Part shown: one piece after another, positions 1 through 13,372 of the stretch
How positions within the stretch are numbered: the first letter of the stretch is position 1
How the letters are laid out: every line of letters begins with the position of its first letter
NCBI RefSeq assembly: GCF_902652985.1
Contig: NC_047022.1
Span: 19,282,001 to 19,346,000 of the forward strand
DNA length: 64,000 nt
Reading direction: 5' to 3'
DNA from: Pecten maximus
Taxonomy: Eukaryota
The notes under the pieces: model-generated
Database searches by the model: none
Seen by the model: the letters and a program-made list of their open reading frames with translations, nothing else
Told to the model about the DNA's origin: nothing
Translations under genes and position numbers: made by a program

Positions 1-140
1 ACCACGTGGGTTTTCTCCGGGTACTCCGGTTTCCTCAAACACTTAGACCCTTAGCGTGCATTTCCTCCGGTCGAACAAGCGTGATTAATATAAGTTGATA
101 TAACTTGTTTCGCAATTGAAAAATAAATAAAGTTTACATT
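1..140 (+). mobile_element. 3' part of a V-domain SINE (cut by the window edge)
   Basis: GGGTTTTCTCCGGGTACTCCGGTTTCCTC is the conserved V-SINE central domain. It is followed by a tail ending in AATAAATAAAGTTTAC. Related copies lie at ~29800-30045 (minus), ~59475-59510 and ~15750-15790 (tail only). Confidence 0.75.
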
Positions 141-287
141 TACTATTAAATGCTGAGTTCTCGTGAGAGCCGAGAGTTTAATGTTTCCCTGTTTATAACT
201 ACATATTATGTAGACAATTTCAAAAGGGAGATAAATCTGGCCCCATAATAGCAGAGAATTTTTTACAGAGTTGATGCTCAATAATAG

Positions 288-319
288 CAGAGACATATAT
301 AGATCTATATATGTCTCTG
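288..319. mobile_element. 32-bp perfect palindromic micro-insertion with 7-bp TSD (P-element-like termini)
   Basis: CAGAGACATATATAGA|TCTATATATGTCTCTG is a perfect palindrome flanked by ATAATAG at 281-287 and 320-326. Confidence 0.75.
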
Positions 320-3300
320 ATAATAGCACGCACGTGTTTATTTAGCCTAAAAATAAATATAAGCTAGCTAAAGGATTAACCTTACGATGATCACACTGAT
401 AATTTCGATAACCACATACAAAGGTTATTTATTTACCAGATAAGCAAACAATAGGCCAGTTTCACAATCGCTGCGGGCCTAAAAATAGCCGCTGTATCAA
501 AGTCAAAACGAGGCTGGAGGGGTAAGACTTTCTTCCTGTTTCTGTCATAACATCGTAAACATGGCGAGCAACCAGACATTTACCGGTGGCTCTTGAGACA
601 TTATGGCGATATTGTCGAGTATTAAACATACATATATTTTGAAGAGGAAAGGTGAAAGTGTCACAGGTAATAAGGATGCGCTTGTCGCTAGCTGTCGTTC
701 CCCAGAGACAATCAAATTCAGGAAATCCGCCGAGGTTAACTAAGTAACGTAACGAACGTCAATCTTTCCCCCTTACTGGACATGTACTTTTTTCAACTTA
801 TTATAACATTTCATTTATTTTGGAATTAAAATTGATGATTTCAATAGAAAAGAAACAATAAATCCCTACCCAATGAAAAATCTGTGTCATGGGGATGAAG
901 ACCACATACAGACTCTTAACAAATTGGCATATGCATGTATGTAATAAATGCTATCTTCGAGCTCCAGACCTGTGTATTACATACATTTGTATGCGTAAGT
1001 CTGTGACATGTGACAAGTTAGAGGTGCAATCGCTAATTACCATACCTGACACTCAATTGTTATATAATACACCTACTTAAACATTCCACTGCATATTAAT
1101 TAGATTTCAGGGCACATTGAAATAATAATCACAATTAGTTCAACATATGAACAGAAAGCTATTTGTAAATATCATGAACATACAAAACGATTTTTTGTGC
1201 TCTATCATGTATATTTAACATGATTTTTTGTCAATAAAATACAATGCCTTATTGAATTCTATAAGTAACAATATATAGGTAAGGTATCTGTTTTGGTGGG
1301 GACGGCACGTGTTATCCAGTGCTGTCACAAGTATTCCCGACCAAAGTCGCGTTCATTACACGCGTGTGTCAAGTAGCTACAGATATGCCTTGTCGTAGTC
1401 AAGTTGTGGCGACGGTCAAGTGTTTCGGGTAAGACACTGCTGGCGATCGGATGTGATCGATTATCAACTGTCACACGGTTATATCAAAGTGTCACCTTAC
1501 ATACTCATACTTATTCCATAAGATATCGAAGGAGGTACTTAATATATTGCCAGCCACGGGAGTAATTTATTTACAACACTGTGAATTTATCTTCCACACG
1601 TGGTCCCAGGCATCGATAACAAAAATCCAGCATGCCATGGTATTGACTGGTGGATGCGGAACTTTTAGTACACTATACTCTTTAATAAGTACTCAACTTT
1701 AAACATTTTAACATATGGTCATGATTGACTCCTCTATGTCGATTAAATTCGATTCAAGACTTGTCTGTGTGCAACTCGGATGTAATCAGCATCAAAGCGG
1801 AAATAATTAATACATGTGTCTCTCGCCTCGTTCTGAATATCACAACGGCAAGGGAGATAACAACAAACAGTAATTGTGAAAATAGTCGGCTATTGAATCT
1901 CAAATATACGGCAAACGATTAAAGAAAACAAAACACAAAGCGAGTAGCAACATTAATCATGGATTTGAATTAACAGACATAGTCACAGGGACTCGCGAAT
2001 TCACCTCCCTAAATCCATTGTAATACATGTATAAAGGGACCGTGGGATGACAAATGGTGCAAAGTACCTGTGAATGCAGAATATCTCTAATAATGAATAT
2101 AAAGTTTCCGCTTACAGCTGTTTTATTAGTCCGTGACTTGTCTGTGATACTAGGGGCCAAAAGTTTGGACATCCAGAACGGAATTAGGAGAATAATAAAA
2201 TTGTTCAAGCTATTTGATCATTAAAAAAAACCTGAAAAAAATAAACTGAAACTAACCATTGCATTTTACTAGTATTTGTAACAATTATGTTAATGCTAGT
2301 ATGTGCTTTTTGGACCTATCTTAGTGTGTATCACAGGAACAAGGACTGATCTCCTGTCTCTAGAATATTAAATATTCATTTTGAGAATGTGACTAAACCC
2401 CTATTTGACCCGAAGCAGAAGACGCTTAATTTTAGGAAACACCTGATCTTATTCTCCTTGTACTTTTAAAAAATTGGTTAAATGCAATTTGTTTTGCTTC
2501 GTATCTTGCCCGTTTATCAATATTGAGTTAGAATTTCGTTTTCGTGATTATTTTGGTATTCTGTTGCATATTGCTTGTAACGCTTCAAAATGTTACTGTA
2601 TGTCAGGAAGACGTTAAATTTGAAAAACACTTCCGAATGCAATACATGCAGTCCCACTGTCAAGTATGTTCAACGTCGCAAAATAACCCAGTCGTACTCA
2701 GCACAGATGTCGACCACGTGTGCTGTTGTAGGTGTGCTTCTCACGTAATGCACGTGCATTGACGTGTTGTCCTACACCGAAAAAAATGTTACCATAGTAA
2801 CATTAGCTAACAATATTCATGACTCACATTTCTAAAACAGAATAAAATATGTGTAATTTTGATTGAGAGTTATTTTTCAGGATCAAAATAGATATAGATG
2901 TTTGCCAACTGATGCCAAAAGTTCAACTTTGCAATTTACTCGGGAGTTACAAAATTGAATATAACATAGTGCTTATTAAATCTGATACAGAAGAGTCATG
3001 CTGGCGACTTTTAAAAATAGGCTCGCGCTGAAATCCGACTGTCTCATTAAGGTTAACAAGTGGTTCCCAGCGTCAAAGACATATTTAACGTTCCATAAAT
3101 ACCCAACATAATTGGAATCATATCTCGCGCTTCACCTCTATTCCATACGTTACATGGAGATCTGATAGAGCTTCGCTGGCATTGTCGTTCTGATGACCTA
3201 AGGTCAAATATTCATCAACCAATTAAATACACTGCAAGGATTCAGAAGCAGCCGAGAAACCGGAAGTTCTTGAATACCGTAAGAGGGATGTCGAACGGAC

Positions 3301-4316
3301 GTTGCTACATTCTTTTTTGTAACGAGGCAAATATCGGGATGGAGATATTGCTGATAATGTCAACACAAATAAAAATATGCAATTTAATAAACGCGGTAGC
3401 GGTGTGCAAATGTCAATATGTGTTGCTGCCAATTTGGTGTAAATATTTTCAACGTCAGTGAAAAGGCCACGGCCTTGTATGTTAATGATTTATGTGCTAA
3501 GTATAAAAATTTGATTCGGCTACTTTAAATAGAAGGTGAAGATTTGAAATAAACAATTTACCATAAACGAACGGAAATGTAATTCAATGCTGTTTATATG
3601 CGTCAAGGTAAAATCTATGAACCCTTGGATTTGAGATCTATGATAGACAAATGGGAACAACACATTTCAATAGACTTAAGGTAGAATTTAAGTGCATCGT
3701 AAACATTTCTTTCATGCTATGTTGTATCTTAAAATTGTCGAAATCGAGAAGAAATTTGAGGAAAAAATGAAAATACGGTTTAACTTTCCTGAAATACCAC
3801 CGCCTGTATATAATTATACCAGCCTGCAAAGGCCACCTATTTTCTGTTGCCAAGGTAACAAAATTAATTGTTTATATACCTTTATATGAAGGTCTTAGGA
3901 TATCTTAAAAGGCCTTTATAGACAGGATTAATTGTATATAGAGGTTAATGTGGAATAGACACACAATTTATAACATTACATCATATTAGAAATATACTTT
4001 ATGATGCATTTTTACAATTTAATAATATCAGACCTGGTCTTTTATGAGTAATTAATGGTCGGGGGGAAAAGGAAGACGAGTTTGAACTTTGATAATATTT
4101 ATGTTTTGAAATAACTGTTGATATCCCGGAGTAGTTTGGTCATATACCGGTTTTACATGGTGTACAATTTAAACTATTAAAAACCATCTGATTCCTAGGA
4201 AGAGATCAAAGGTTGTGTCTGTCTGTATACCTATAACAGTAAGAAATCATTATGTTAGAACCCCCAACCTACCTAAACTCAAAACTACTACCTCAATACG
4301 ATGAGCAACAGATCGC

Positions 4317-4330
4317 GTTGCCATGACAAC
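4317..4330. promoter_or_regulatory. RFX X-box motif
   Basis: GTTGCCATGACAAC matches the palindromic X-box GTTGCCATGGCAAC at 13/14 positions. A CACGTG E-box and TAAT clusters lie nearby. Motif match only. Confidence 0.35.
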
Positions 4331-5858
4331 GTGAAACCCAATCTGACAGGAATCTCACGTGCTTCAGTCCACGCCACGAGCAGTGTGCATCAATGTCTGG
4401 GTGTCTAGGTGATGAAAGAAACCCCCTCCTGCTTAATCTCCCAAAGGCCCATCAATAGGGGCTAGGTAGGGGGGGACAGACCCCCTGCTAATTAATTACG
4501 GAATAACCGCTTATATCGGTAGTACATTGGGATGCGCGCGATTAATAACAGGCGTATTTAATCAATCTTTGACAAATGATTAATTCACAACGTCTAAGTA
4601 GAAAATATGGATGTATGATATTGACACAATTATGACTGGTAATATTCCGTTTACATTAACAAGTTATATAAGCATTGACTAATGTATTAAATAATTATAC
4701 ATTGGGACGGGCGCCATATTATCGCTGATAATTGTTATCTTCTGTCTGTTGAGAAAACCTGTTTGAACCTAAAATTTGTTTATTCAGCTTATCGAGGAAC
4801 TTGTGAGAATCTTGCAAATCCCTTTAACCCTTGTTAATTAGGCACGTAATTGACAAAAAATGAGAGCAGAGCTTTTGACATTTCTGACTAGACATAGACG
4901 CATATTAAAGACGGAAAGCTTGTGTTTGCTAATTATTTCTGAATGAAAGTCGTCTGGAATCGTCATGCAATAATCGTGTAATGATAAACACATGTTCTAA
5001 ATATAAGCGACACACGTCAGTTCCTAGTATAATTGATTTCGAAATATCTTAAATCTACATGTATGTCCAGTATTTTTATACGAAATAAATTTATATGCTT
5101 ACTTACGGTTATTGGTCGATGTGTAAATTCCAACTTGTCTCGAATGCCGGCCTCGAAATGGTAGAATAATCACACTCGAGTTTACGGGAGTATACTGAAG
5201 AATTTTCCTTCTTTTATCTCCGAGGAGTGTTTCTGCGCATGTGTCGACAGATACCGGTTACAGAAAGGAACTACTCGGTGATGGACTGGAAACGTAGGTA
5301 TCATATCTAAAAATAGCCCCGCGTGTCAGGTCATACACGCGCAACAAATATGACGTCAAAGAATTTAACTTTGTTCAGTAATTGTTCCAATCATGTAATG
5401 TAATTATGTTTGTGGAACAGCACAGTTTGTGAAGAAGGGAATGTACATCTTATTCAGGCTTTCTTCATCATAGAACTCTCGTTAATTGCTATCTAAGTGG
5501 TGTCTGTGAAATTATTAGCGCTCCGCCTATGACGTAATGATGCTTTACACTATGCTATTCACCACGACTCCCTCCCCCCTCCCTCCCACCCCCACTCTTC
5601 TCACCCACACACAATTCAGTAATTCAGAAGACGGTATCAGAAATACCTCGTTCTATCTCGAGAGTGTGGAGTGTCAAAGACATATATTATCAACGTGTTG
5701 TATCTATATCGTGTTTTTATCACGTATTTAAGTATTAATCAACACATTTATAAACCAAGTACACAGGCCAGTCTCATAAAGCTGGCAACACTAGTCACCT
5801 TTATCGTGCGTCTTGTTTACACAAGAACGTGTTAAACTTAATTAAAAAGGATTCTCAC

Positions 5859-5945
5859 ACAGGGATTTGGCGCAAATTCTCAATCCTTGGTCCATTTATA
5901 TGTTAAACATGGCCTCGGGGTTGGAAATTTGTGCCAATTCACTGT
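5859..5945. repeat. Decayed ~87-bp inverted repeat (MITE remnant)
   Basis: Left arm ACAGGGATTTGGCGCAAATT... aligns with the reverse complement of the right arm, ACAGTGAATTGGCACAAATT... Confidence 0.5.
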
Positions 5946-7599
5946 AGAGCGAATGAGTGTCTCTTAGTGATGGAATACATACAAAAAGTAAAAAAAAAAT
6001 AAAAAAAATACATTCCACATTTGTTTTGAAGATTTGTTTTAATTTATTTTTCAATTCTTTCAAAAGGACTATTCAACTCATATAATTTACTGTCGTGCTT
6101 TTAAAGCACTAGTATATATGTTATAGATGAATCCGTTGTTTTCTTAATCCACCATTACATTAAATTTCTTCTAAAGATTCGATATAGTTGTCTCCTTTTA
6201 ATATTTTGTACCTGGAAATTAACTTATTGAGATTCCGAGCTTTGACGGAAAAGTCGAGATGTTGTTTTAAGCATAAATTAAATATCGAAGTCTGATGGAC
6301 GGACGACGGATGTTAACAGCGTCCGTGCGTTCCATCGCAACATCTCGCCTAATTCCGTCAAAGGTCGGAACCTTGGCGATATAGGCCGAGATGACATGAT
6401 TTGTTTGCAGTACTAATAAAGCTTCCTCTAATACACAGACACTGAAGATGAAAGCAATCCAAGTAAGCACTTTTTGTTTGAATGAGTTATTTGATTTACG
6501 GGAACATAACAAAAAATACCGGAAAGAAATAAAGTGGAAAGTCATATCCACAATTAAGATATTTTAAATTCCTGATTCTGTATTCAATTTCGAACTGTAA
6601 GAAAACTCGCTTAGCCCTCGGCGACAGGACCCCGCTTTTCTAGAACTGCCATAGTGTTATAGTTAGGTTGGATAATACAGAGTAACCAGGTCATTACTCT
6701 AACGGAAATGGAGTTCAAGGTTGATAATTATCTTCTGATATCTACATCCGGGTAGATAAGATATTGTTTTGGTTATATAACCACAGAGCAATGACATATC
6801 TCATCAAGATAATTCTACGGACATGACTTAATGATTTAAAAGCATATAGGTCTAGCTCGTAATTTTAGTACGATTTACAGTAACATTTAAGCAAAAGATG
6901 CAAAAATATATCGTAAGTTTAGCTGTTTTAGTGGATGCTTATTTGAAATAACATGGGCTAATAGCTTCTATCTTCAGGCTTGCAGGTGAGAGAACAAAGA
7001 CTGATTTTCTATGACCTAAAACAATTTACCATTTTTTGAACAAAAAAGTCCCACAAGGGAGACAATACATACATGTAAAGTACTTAAATATGAAAGTACA
7101 CATGCGATTGTCAGAAAATTTCTTAAAAAAAGAACAGTGGTCGTCTTTGAAAAAAGGCAGGTAACAGTAATCTAAAGATTTTCTAATGTTTTTTTCCACG
7201 TTTGAAAGAACAATTCAAACATAAATCAGAATTATGACCAAAATATCCGTTGGACGATTTCGAGCACGGGTAGGATTTCAGACGGCGGGATCAGTCAGTG
7301 TTAAGACCCACTGATCTTACCGGAGCAATAAGAGCTCTTCCTTCTATACGATACTGCTCCAATCAATTTATCCGTTCATGATCTGGTCAAATTATCAAGT
7401 ACCATCAACTACAAATGAAAAGCCACTTCCTTAATATTCACTGAGCGCCGACAACCACACAGGCAAGCCAATGACCTCTACCTAATGTCTATTGAGTTCA
7501 GACAAAAACAGGGGCAAGATAAGGGTTACTTCCTAAAAGTGTATCGAGTACCGACAAGTACAGAGAGTTTCCTTAACGCGTCGCCTACTGACTATCAAC

Positions 7600-9730
7600 G
7601 GAGAAAAAGACAAGGACCGCCTCCATAACGTCTATTGAGTACCAACAACAGAGGAAAGACAAGGGCCATCTCCATAACGTCTACTGAATATCGACAAAAG
7701 GGGATGATAAGGGCCACCTCCATAACGTCTATTGAGTATCGACAACAGAGGGAAAACAAGGGCCACCTCCATAACGTCTATTGAATATCGACAAAAGGGG
7801 ATGATAAGGGCCACCTCCATAACGTCTATTGAGTACCAACAACAGAGGAAAGACAAGGGCCACCTCCATAACGTCTATTGAGTACCAACAACAGAGGGGA
7901 AACAAGGGCCACCTCCATAACGTCTATTGAATATCGACAAAAGGGGATGATAAGGGCCACCTCCATAACGTCTATTGAGTATCGACAACAGAGGGAAAAC
8001 AAGGGCCACCTCCATAACGTCTATTGAATATCGACAAAAGGGGATGATAAGGGCCACCTCCATAACGTCTATTGAGTACCAACAACAGAGGAAAGACAAG
8101 GGCCACCTCCATAACGTCTATTGAGTATCGACAACAGAGGGAAAAACAAGGGCCACCACCATAACGTCTATTGAATACCAACAACAGAGGAAAAACAAGG
8201 GCCAGCTCCATAACGTCTATTGAATATCGACAACAGAGGAAAAACAAGGGCCACCTCCATAACGTCTATTGAGTATCGACAACAGAGGAAAAACAAGGGC
8301 CACCTCCATAACGTCTATTGAATACCAACAACAGAGGAAAACAAGGGCCAGCTCCATAACGTCTATTGAGTACCGACAACAGAGGAAAAACAAGGGCCAC
8401 CTCCATAACGTCTATTGAGTAACAACAACAGAGGGAAAACAAGGGCCACCTCCATAACGTCTATTGAGTATCGACAACAGAGGGAAAACAAGGGCCACCT
8501 CCATAACGTCTATTGAGTATCGACAACAGAGGGAAAACAAGGGCCACCTCCATAACGTCTATTGAGTACCAACAACAGAGGGAAAACAAGGGCCACCTCC
8601 ATAACGTCTATTGAGTATCGACAACAGAGGAAAACAAGGGCCACCTCCATAACGTCTATTGAGTATCGACAACAGAGGGAAACCAAGGGCCACCTCCATA
8701 ACGTCTATTGAATATCGACAAAAGGGGATGATAAGGGCCACCTCCATAACGTCTATTGAATATCGACAAAAGGGGATGATAAGGGCCACCTCCATAACGT
8801 CTATTGAGTACCAACAACAGAGGGAAAACAAGGGCCACCACCATAACGTCTACTGAATACCAACAACAAAGGGAAAACAAGGGCCACCTCCATAACGTCT
8901 ATTGAGTATCGACAACAGAGGAAAAACAAGGGCCACCTCCATAACGTCTATTGAGTACCAACAACAGAGGAAAACAAGGGTCACCTCCATAACGTCTACT
9001 GAGTACCGACAACAGAGGAAAAACAAGGACCGCCTCCATAACGTCTATTGAGTACCAACAACAGGGGAAAGACTAGGGCCACCTCCATAACGTCAATTGA
9101 ATACCGACAACAGAGGAAAAACAAGGGCCAACTCCATAACGTCTATTGAATACCAACAATAGAGGGAAAAAAACAAGGGCCACCTCCATAACGTCTATTG
9201 AATACCAACAACAGAGGGAAAACAAGGACCGCCTCCATAACGTCTATTGAGTACCAACAACAGAGGGAAAACAAGGGCCGCTCCCATAACGTCTATTGAG
9301 TATCGACAAAAGGGGATGATAAGGGCCATCACCATAACGTCTATTGAGTACCAACAGGGGGAAAACAAGGGCCACCACCATAACGTCTATTGAGTACCGA
9401 CAACAGGGGAAAGACAAGGGCCACCTCCATAACGTCTATTGAATACCAACAACAGGGGGAAAACAAGGGCCACCTCCATAACGTCTATTGAGTACCAACA
9501 ACAGAGGGAAAACAAGGGCCACCTCCATAACGTCTATTGAATACCAACAACAGGCGAAAGACAAGGGCCACGACCATAACGTCTATTGAATATCGACAAA
9601 AGGGGATGATAAGGGCCACCACCATAACGTCTATTGAATACCAACAAAAGAGGGAAAACAAGGGCCACCTCTATAACGTCTATTGAATACCAACAACAGA
9701 GGGGAAACAAGGGCCACCTCCATAATGACA
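7600..9730. repeat. 48-49 bp minisatellite array (~43 units) with variant monomers
   Basis: Unit AAGGGCCACCTCCATAACGTCTATTGAGTAYCRACAACAGAGGGAAAAC, interspersed with a 48-bp variant containing CGACAAAAGGGGATGAT. The repetitive ORFs here are by-products of the array. Confidence 0.97.
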
Positions 9731-11483
9731 ACAAAAAAAGTCAAACAAGGGTCATCGACAACAACACAGGGAAGGTTAGAAGCCTACAATCCAGAGCCAA
9801 CAGACAACCCGGAATAAGACAACAAACCTAAAACAACAGAATTGGCAAATTATTCGAAAAGGAGTGTCTGAATAGAACGTAATTGATGCTGGGCATCGGT
9901 GCTACGTATCTTAATTATACTGTCAGCTGAAGTGTTTACGTTTAATGTTTCACCTCTAATTGGTGTACCATTTCTATAGTACGCGGTATACCACACTGGC
10001 AACATTGTTTAGTAAGACTTCATGTTTATAATGCTTACATGGACATGTTTTAGTTCGCATGTTCTGACGCTAGATATGGTGGTTCATTGATAAAATATAT
10101 AGTTACATGCATGTAAATTACTAAACTTGTAATTATATATTCGCGAATGAAGGACAAATAAGGTATTGGAAATTATTTTGTTTTGTTTTGTTAGAAAGAA
10201 GGGGTTTCGCACGCGGATGAATTACTTTAGATGTCCTTTTTTTGGCGTACTCGAATTTTAGCGCCAAACCGGAACTAGATAACAGATCTTCGGAATAATA
10301 ATATAGTGAACCGACAATGCTGGACATATAAAACATTATGGAGAAAATATTGTGAGAGCAATTATACCTAAGCGGAATGCTTTCAACGTGAAAATCGCTA
10401 AAATCAAAATCAAAATCGTGTATCAGTTTAAAATAGAATCACGTTACCTGTTCTGCATTCGTGACGTCACACACATCGATCACGTTACAATCAACACCCA
10501 AGTAAACGAGCGAGTAGTACACGTGTAAACATGAAGGAGAATTCAACCAAAACAAATGTAGCGATAAGAAACATACACGCACGTTATTTACAAAACGATA
10601 ATAGCTTTTGTTTTCTGTTTACAGTGTCGGAACAGAACGAATTCGTTCGTGTAAAGCCAATGTGATGAGTCAGACACAAAGCTATACATGTAACAGGGTA
10701 TTTATGTTAAACACGTGTAAAATCGTTTCGTGTTTATTTTATGATTTCAAATTATTTCTCGCTGCAGATAAAGTTATCTATGACTTCATATAGTGCGTGC
10801 CTATATGCATTTTATAGAGTAGATTTGGGTCTTCTCACATTTCAATATATAGTTCCCGCTTCCCTTGCACTATTATGATAAAGTGTACTCCCCAGTCAGA
10901 GATATATATGACCTGGGCCCATATTCATAAAAAAAACTTAAGTTAAGTATTTCACTTAAGTAAATACTTAAGTAGGATATTTGTACTTAAGTACTAAAAT
11001 AAACTTAAGTATTTACTTAATTCAAGGTTTTATCTTAAGTTGTATTCATAAAACTACTTAAGCTTAAGCATTACTTAAGTTTTTACTTAAAGTTAAGTAA
11101 CGTCATGAGGATGTTTAACTTCCTTTAAAATTATTTAAGTAAATACTTAACAACTCAGGTGAAAGATGACTTCACGAAATCGACAGAAATCAATATGTTT
11201 TTAAGAAAAAAATCATTAACTTAAGATTTTGTTGTATACAATCATTTAAAACAGGATGTAAAGGTTTGAATCGAAGATGGAGGAGTCAATCTCACTGTCG
11301 TTAAGGCCCATTACGAAGTCAGTACTACAACGACACGGAGCAATTGTAGTTTATAAGGAACATACCCACATACCAATCAAATTCTATTTAGATAAAAACT
11401 TCATTTTTGTTTCTCTTGTTGACTTTGACAAACCAGAAATACTGCCTCAAAGTTTTATTGTATATTTTATTCATTACTTAATT

Positions 11484-13372
11484 AAACAAGAGGCCCAGGG
11501 GCCTTAACGGTCATCTGACTCTAAATTAAAAACCTTATATAATTGAAGTATGTATTCTCTGTAGCAAGTATATAGTGGCGCCGTTTGCCATGGTGGCCAT
11601 CTTGGATTCCTGACCGACCCAATAAATAACAACACTTGGTAAGGACCATCTCAGGATCATTTCTGGTTAGAGTTACAGCTGAATTCCATTGGGGGAATTT
11701 GAGAAGAAGTTTAAAATAGGCATTGTTCAGGAAAACCATGATTGCACAATCATGTTACAAATGGCCACCATGGCTGCCAAGTCAATGATTTTACGAGGCC
11801 GAAAAATATTAATACTTTGTTGGCACTCCTTCCTTAAAATCCTCACCAATTTCCAACTCAATGGCACCAGTGGAACTGGAGAAGAAGTTTAAAATGTTTT
11901 TTCAAGATGGTTGCCATGGTGGCCATCTTGGATTTCTGGCCGACCCGATAACTAACAACACTTGGTAAGGGCCATCTCAGGATAATTTCTGGTAAGTTAG
12001 GGCTGAATCCCACTGATGGAATTTGAGAAGAAGTTTGAAATAGGTGTTGTTCAGGAAAACCATGATTGCGTAATCATGTTACAAAATGGCCCCCATTGCT
12101 GCCATTTCAAAGTTTTTACGAGGCCGAAAAAATAACACTATGTTGGCTAGCCTTCCTTGACATCCTCACCCATTTCCAGCTCAATGGCACCAATGGAACT
12201 GGAGAAGAAGTTTAAAATGTGTTTTTCAAGATGGCGGCCACGGCGGCCATCTTGGATTCAGACCAACCCAAAAAATAACAACACTTGGTCAGGATCATAT
12301 CAGGATCATTTCAGGCAAGTTTCAGCTTAATAGCACTGGTGGAACTGGAGAAGAAGTTTAAAATGTGTTTTTCAAGATGGCGGCTATGGCGGCCATCTTG
12401 GATTTCGGACTGACCCAAAAAATAACAACACTTGGTCAGGATCATATCAGGATCATTTCAGGCAAGTTTCAGCTTAATAGCACTGGTGGAACTGGAGAAG
12501 AAGTTTAAAATGTGTTTTTCAAGATGGCGGCTATTGCGGCCATCTTGGATTTCGGACCTACCCGAAAAATAACAACACTTGGTCAGGACCATCTCAGGAT
12601 CATTTCAGGCAAGTTTCAGCTCAATAGCACTGGTGGAACATGAGAAGAAGTTTAAAATGTGTTTTCAAAATGGCGGCTATGGCGGCCATCTTGGATTTCA
12701 GACCAACCCAAAAAATAACAACACTTGGTCAGGATCATATCAGGATCATTTCAGGCAAGTTTCAGCTTAATAGCACTGGTGGAACTGGAGAAGAAGTTTA
12801 AAATGTGTTTTTCAAGATGGCGGCCACGGCGGCCATCTTGGATTTCGGACCGACCCGAAAAATAACAACACTTGGTCGGCATCATATCAGGATCATTTCA
12901 GGCAAGTTTCAGCTTAATAGCACTGGTGGAACTGGAGAAGAAGTTTAAAATGTGTTTTTCAAGATGGCGGCTATGGCGGCCATCTTGGATTTCGGACCTA
13001 CCCGAAAAATAACAACACTTGGTCAGGACCATCTCAGGATCATTTCAGGCAAGTTTCAGCTCAATAGCATTGGTGGAACATGAGAAGAAGTTTAAAATGT
13101 GTTTTCAAAATGGCGGCTATGGCGGCCATCTTGGATTTTGGACCTACCAGAAAAATAACAACACTTGGTCAGGACCATCTCAGGATCATTTCAGGCAAGT
13201 TTCAGCTCAATCCCACTGGTGGAACTTGAGAAGAAGTTTGAAATGTGAAAAGTTTACGCACGACGCACGACGCACGGCGCACGGCGGACGGCAGACGGCG
13301 GACGTCGCACGACGACGGACGAAGCATGATGACTATAGGTCATCCTGACCCTTCGGGTCAGATGACCTAAAA
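11484..13372 (-). mobile_element. Helentron-associated non-autonomous element (HINE; CvA/pearl-like architecture) with internal ~147-bp tandem repeats
   Basis: The minus-strand 5' end is TTTTTTAGGTCATCTGACCCGAAGGGTCAGGATGACCTA (subTIR plus hairpin), followed by a (CGTC)-rich microsatellite and a tandem array. The 3' end is CAGATGACCGTTAAGGCCCCTGGGCCTCTTGTTT (subTIR plus short hairpin). Inserted in a T-run. Confidence 0.85.
11575..13250. repeat. ~147-bp satellite monomers inside the HINE
   Basis: CAGGATCATTTCAGGC recurs at 12301, 12448, 12595 and 12741. A 440-bp three-monomer duplication is shown by near-identical ORFs starting at 12579 and 13019. Confidence 0.92.

Noticed and set aside
3190-3212. 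Hammerhead-like CTGATGACCTAAGGTCAAA, and CTGACGAGTCC at ~44308
   Set aside because: The required GAAA core is missing and I could not find stems I and III.
1495-3460. Short ORFs, a minus-strand donor near 1500, and TTAA-flanked ends at ~376 and ~3057
   Set aside because: No homology recognised. The putative TIRs match over only a few bases.
7600-9730. CRISPR-like appearance (conserved core plus variable segment)
   Set aside because: The variable segments are related variants that recur, not unique spacers. There are no cas genes and the context is eukaryotic.
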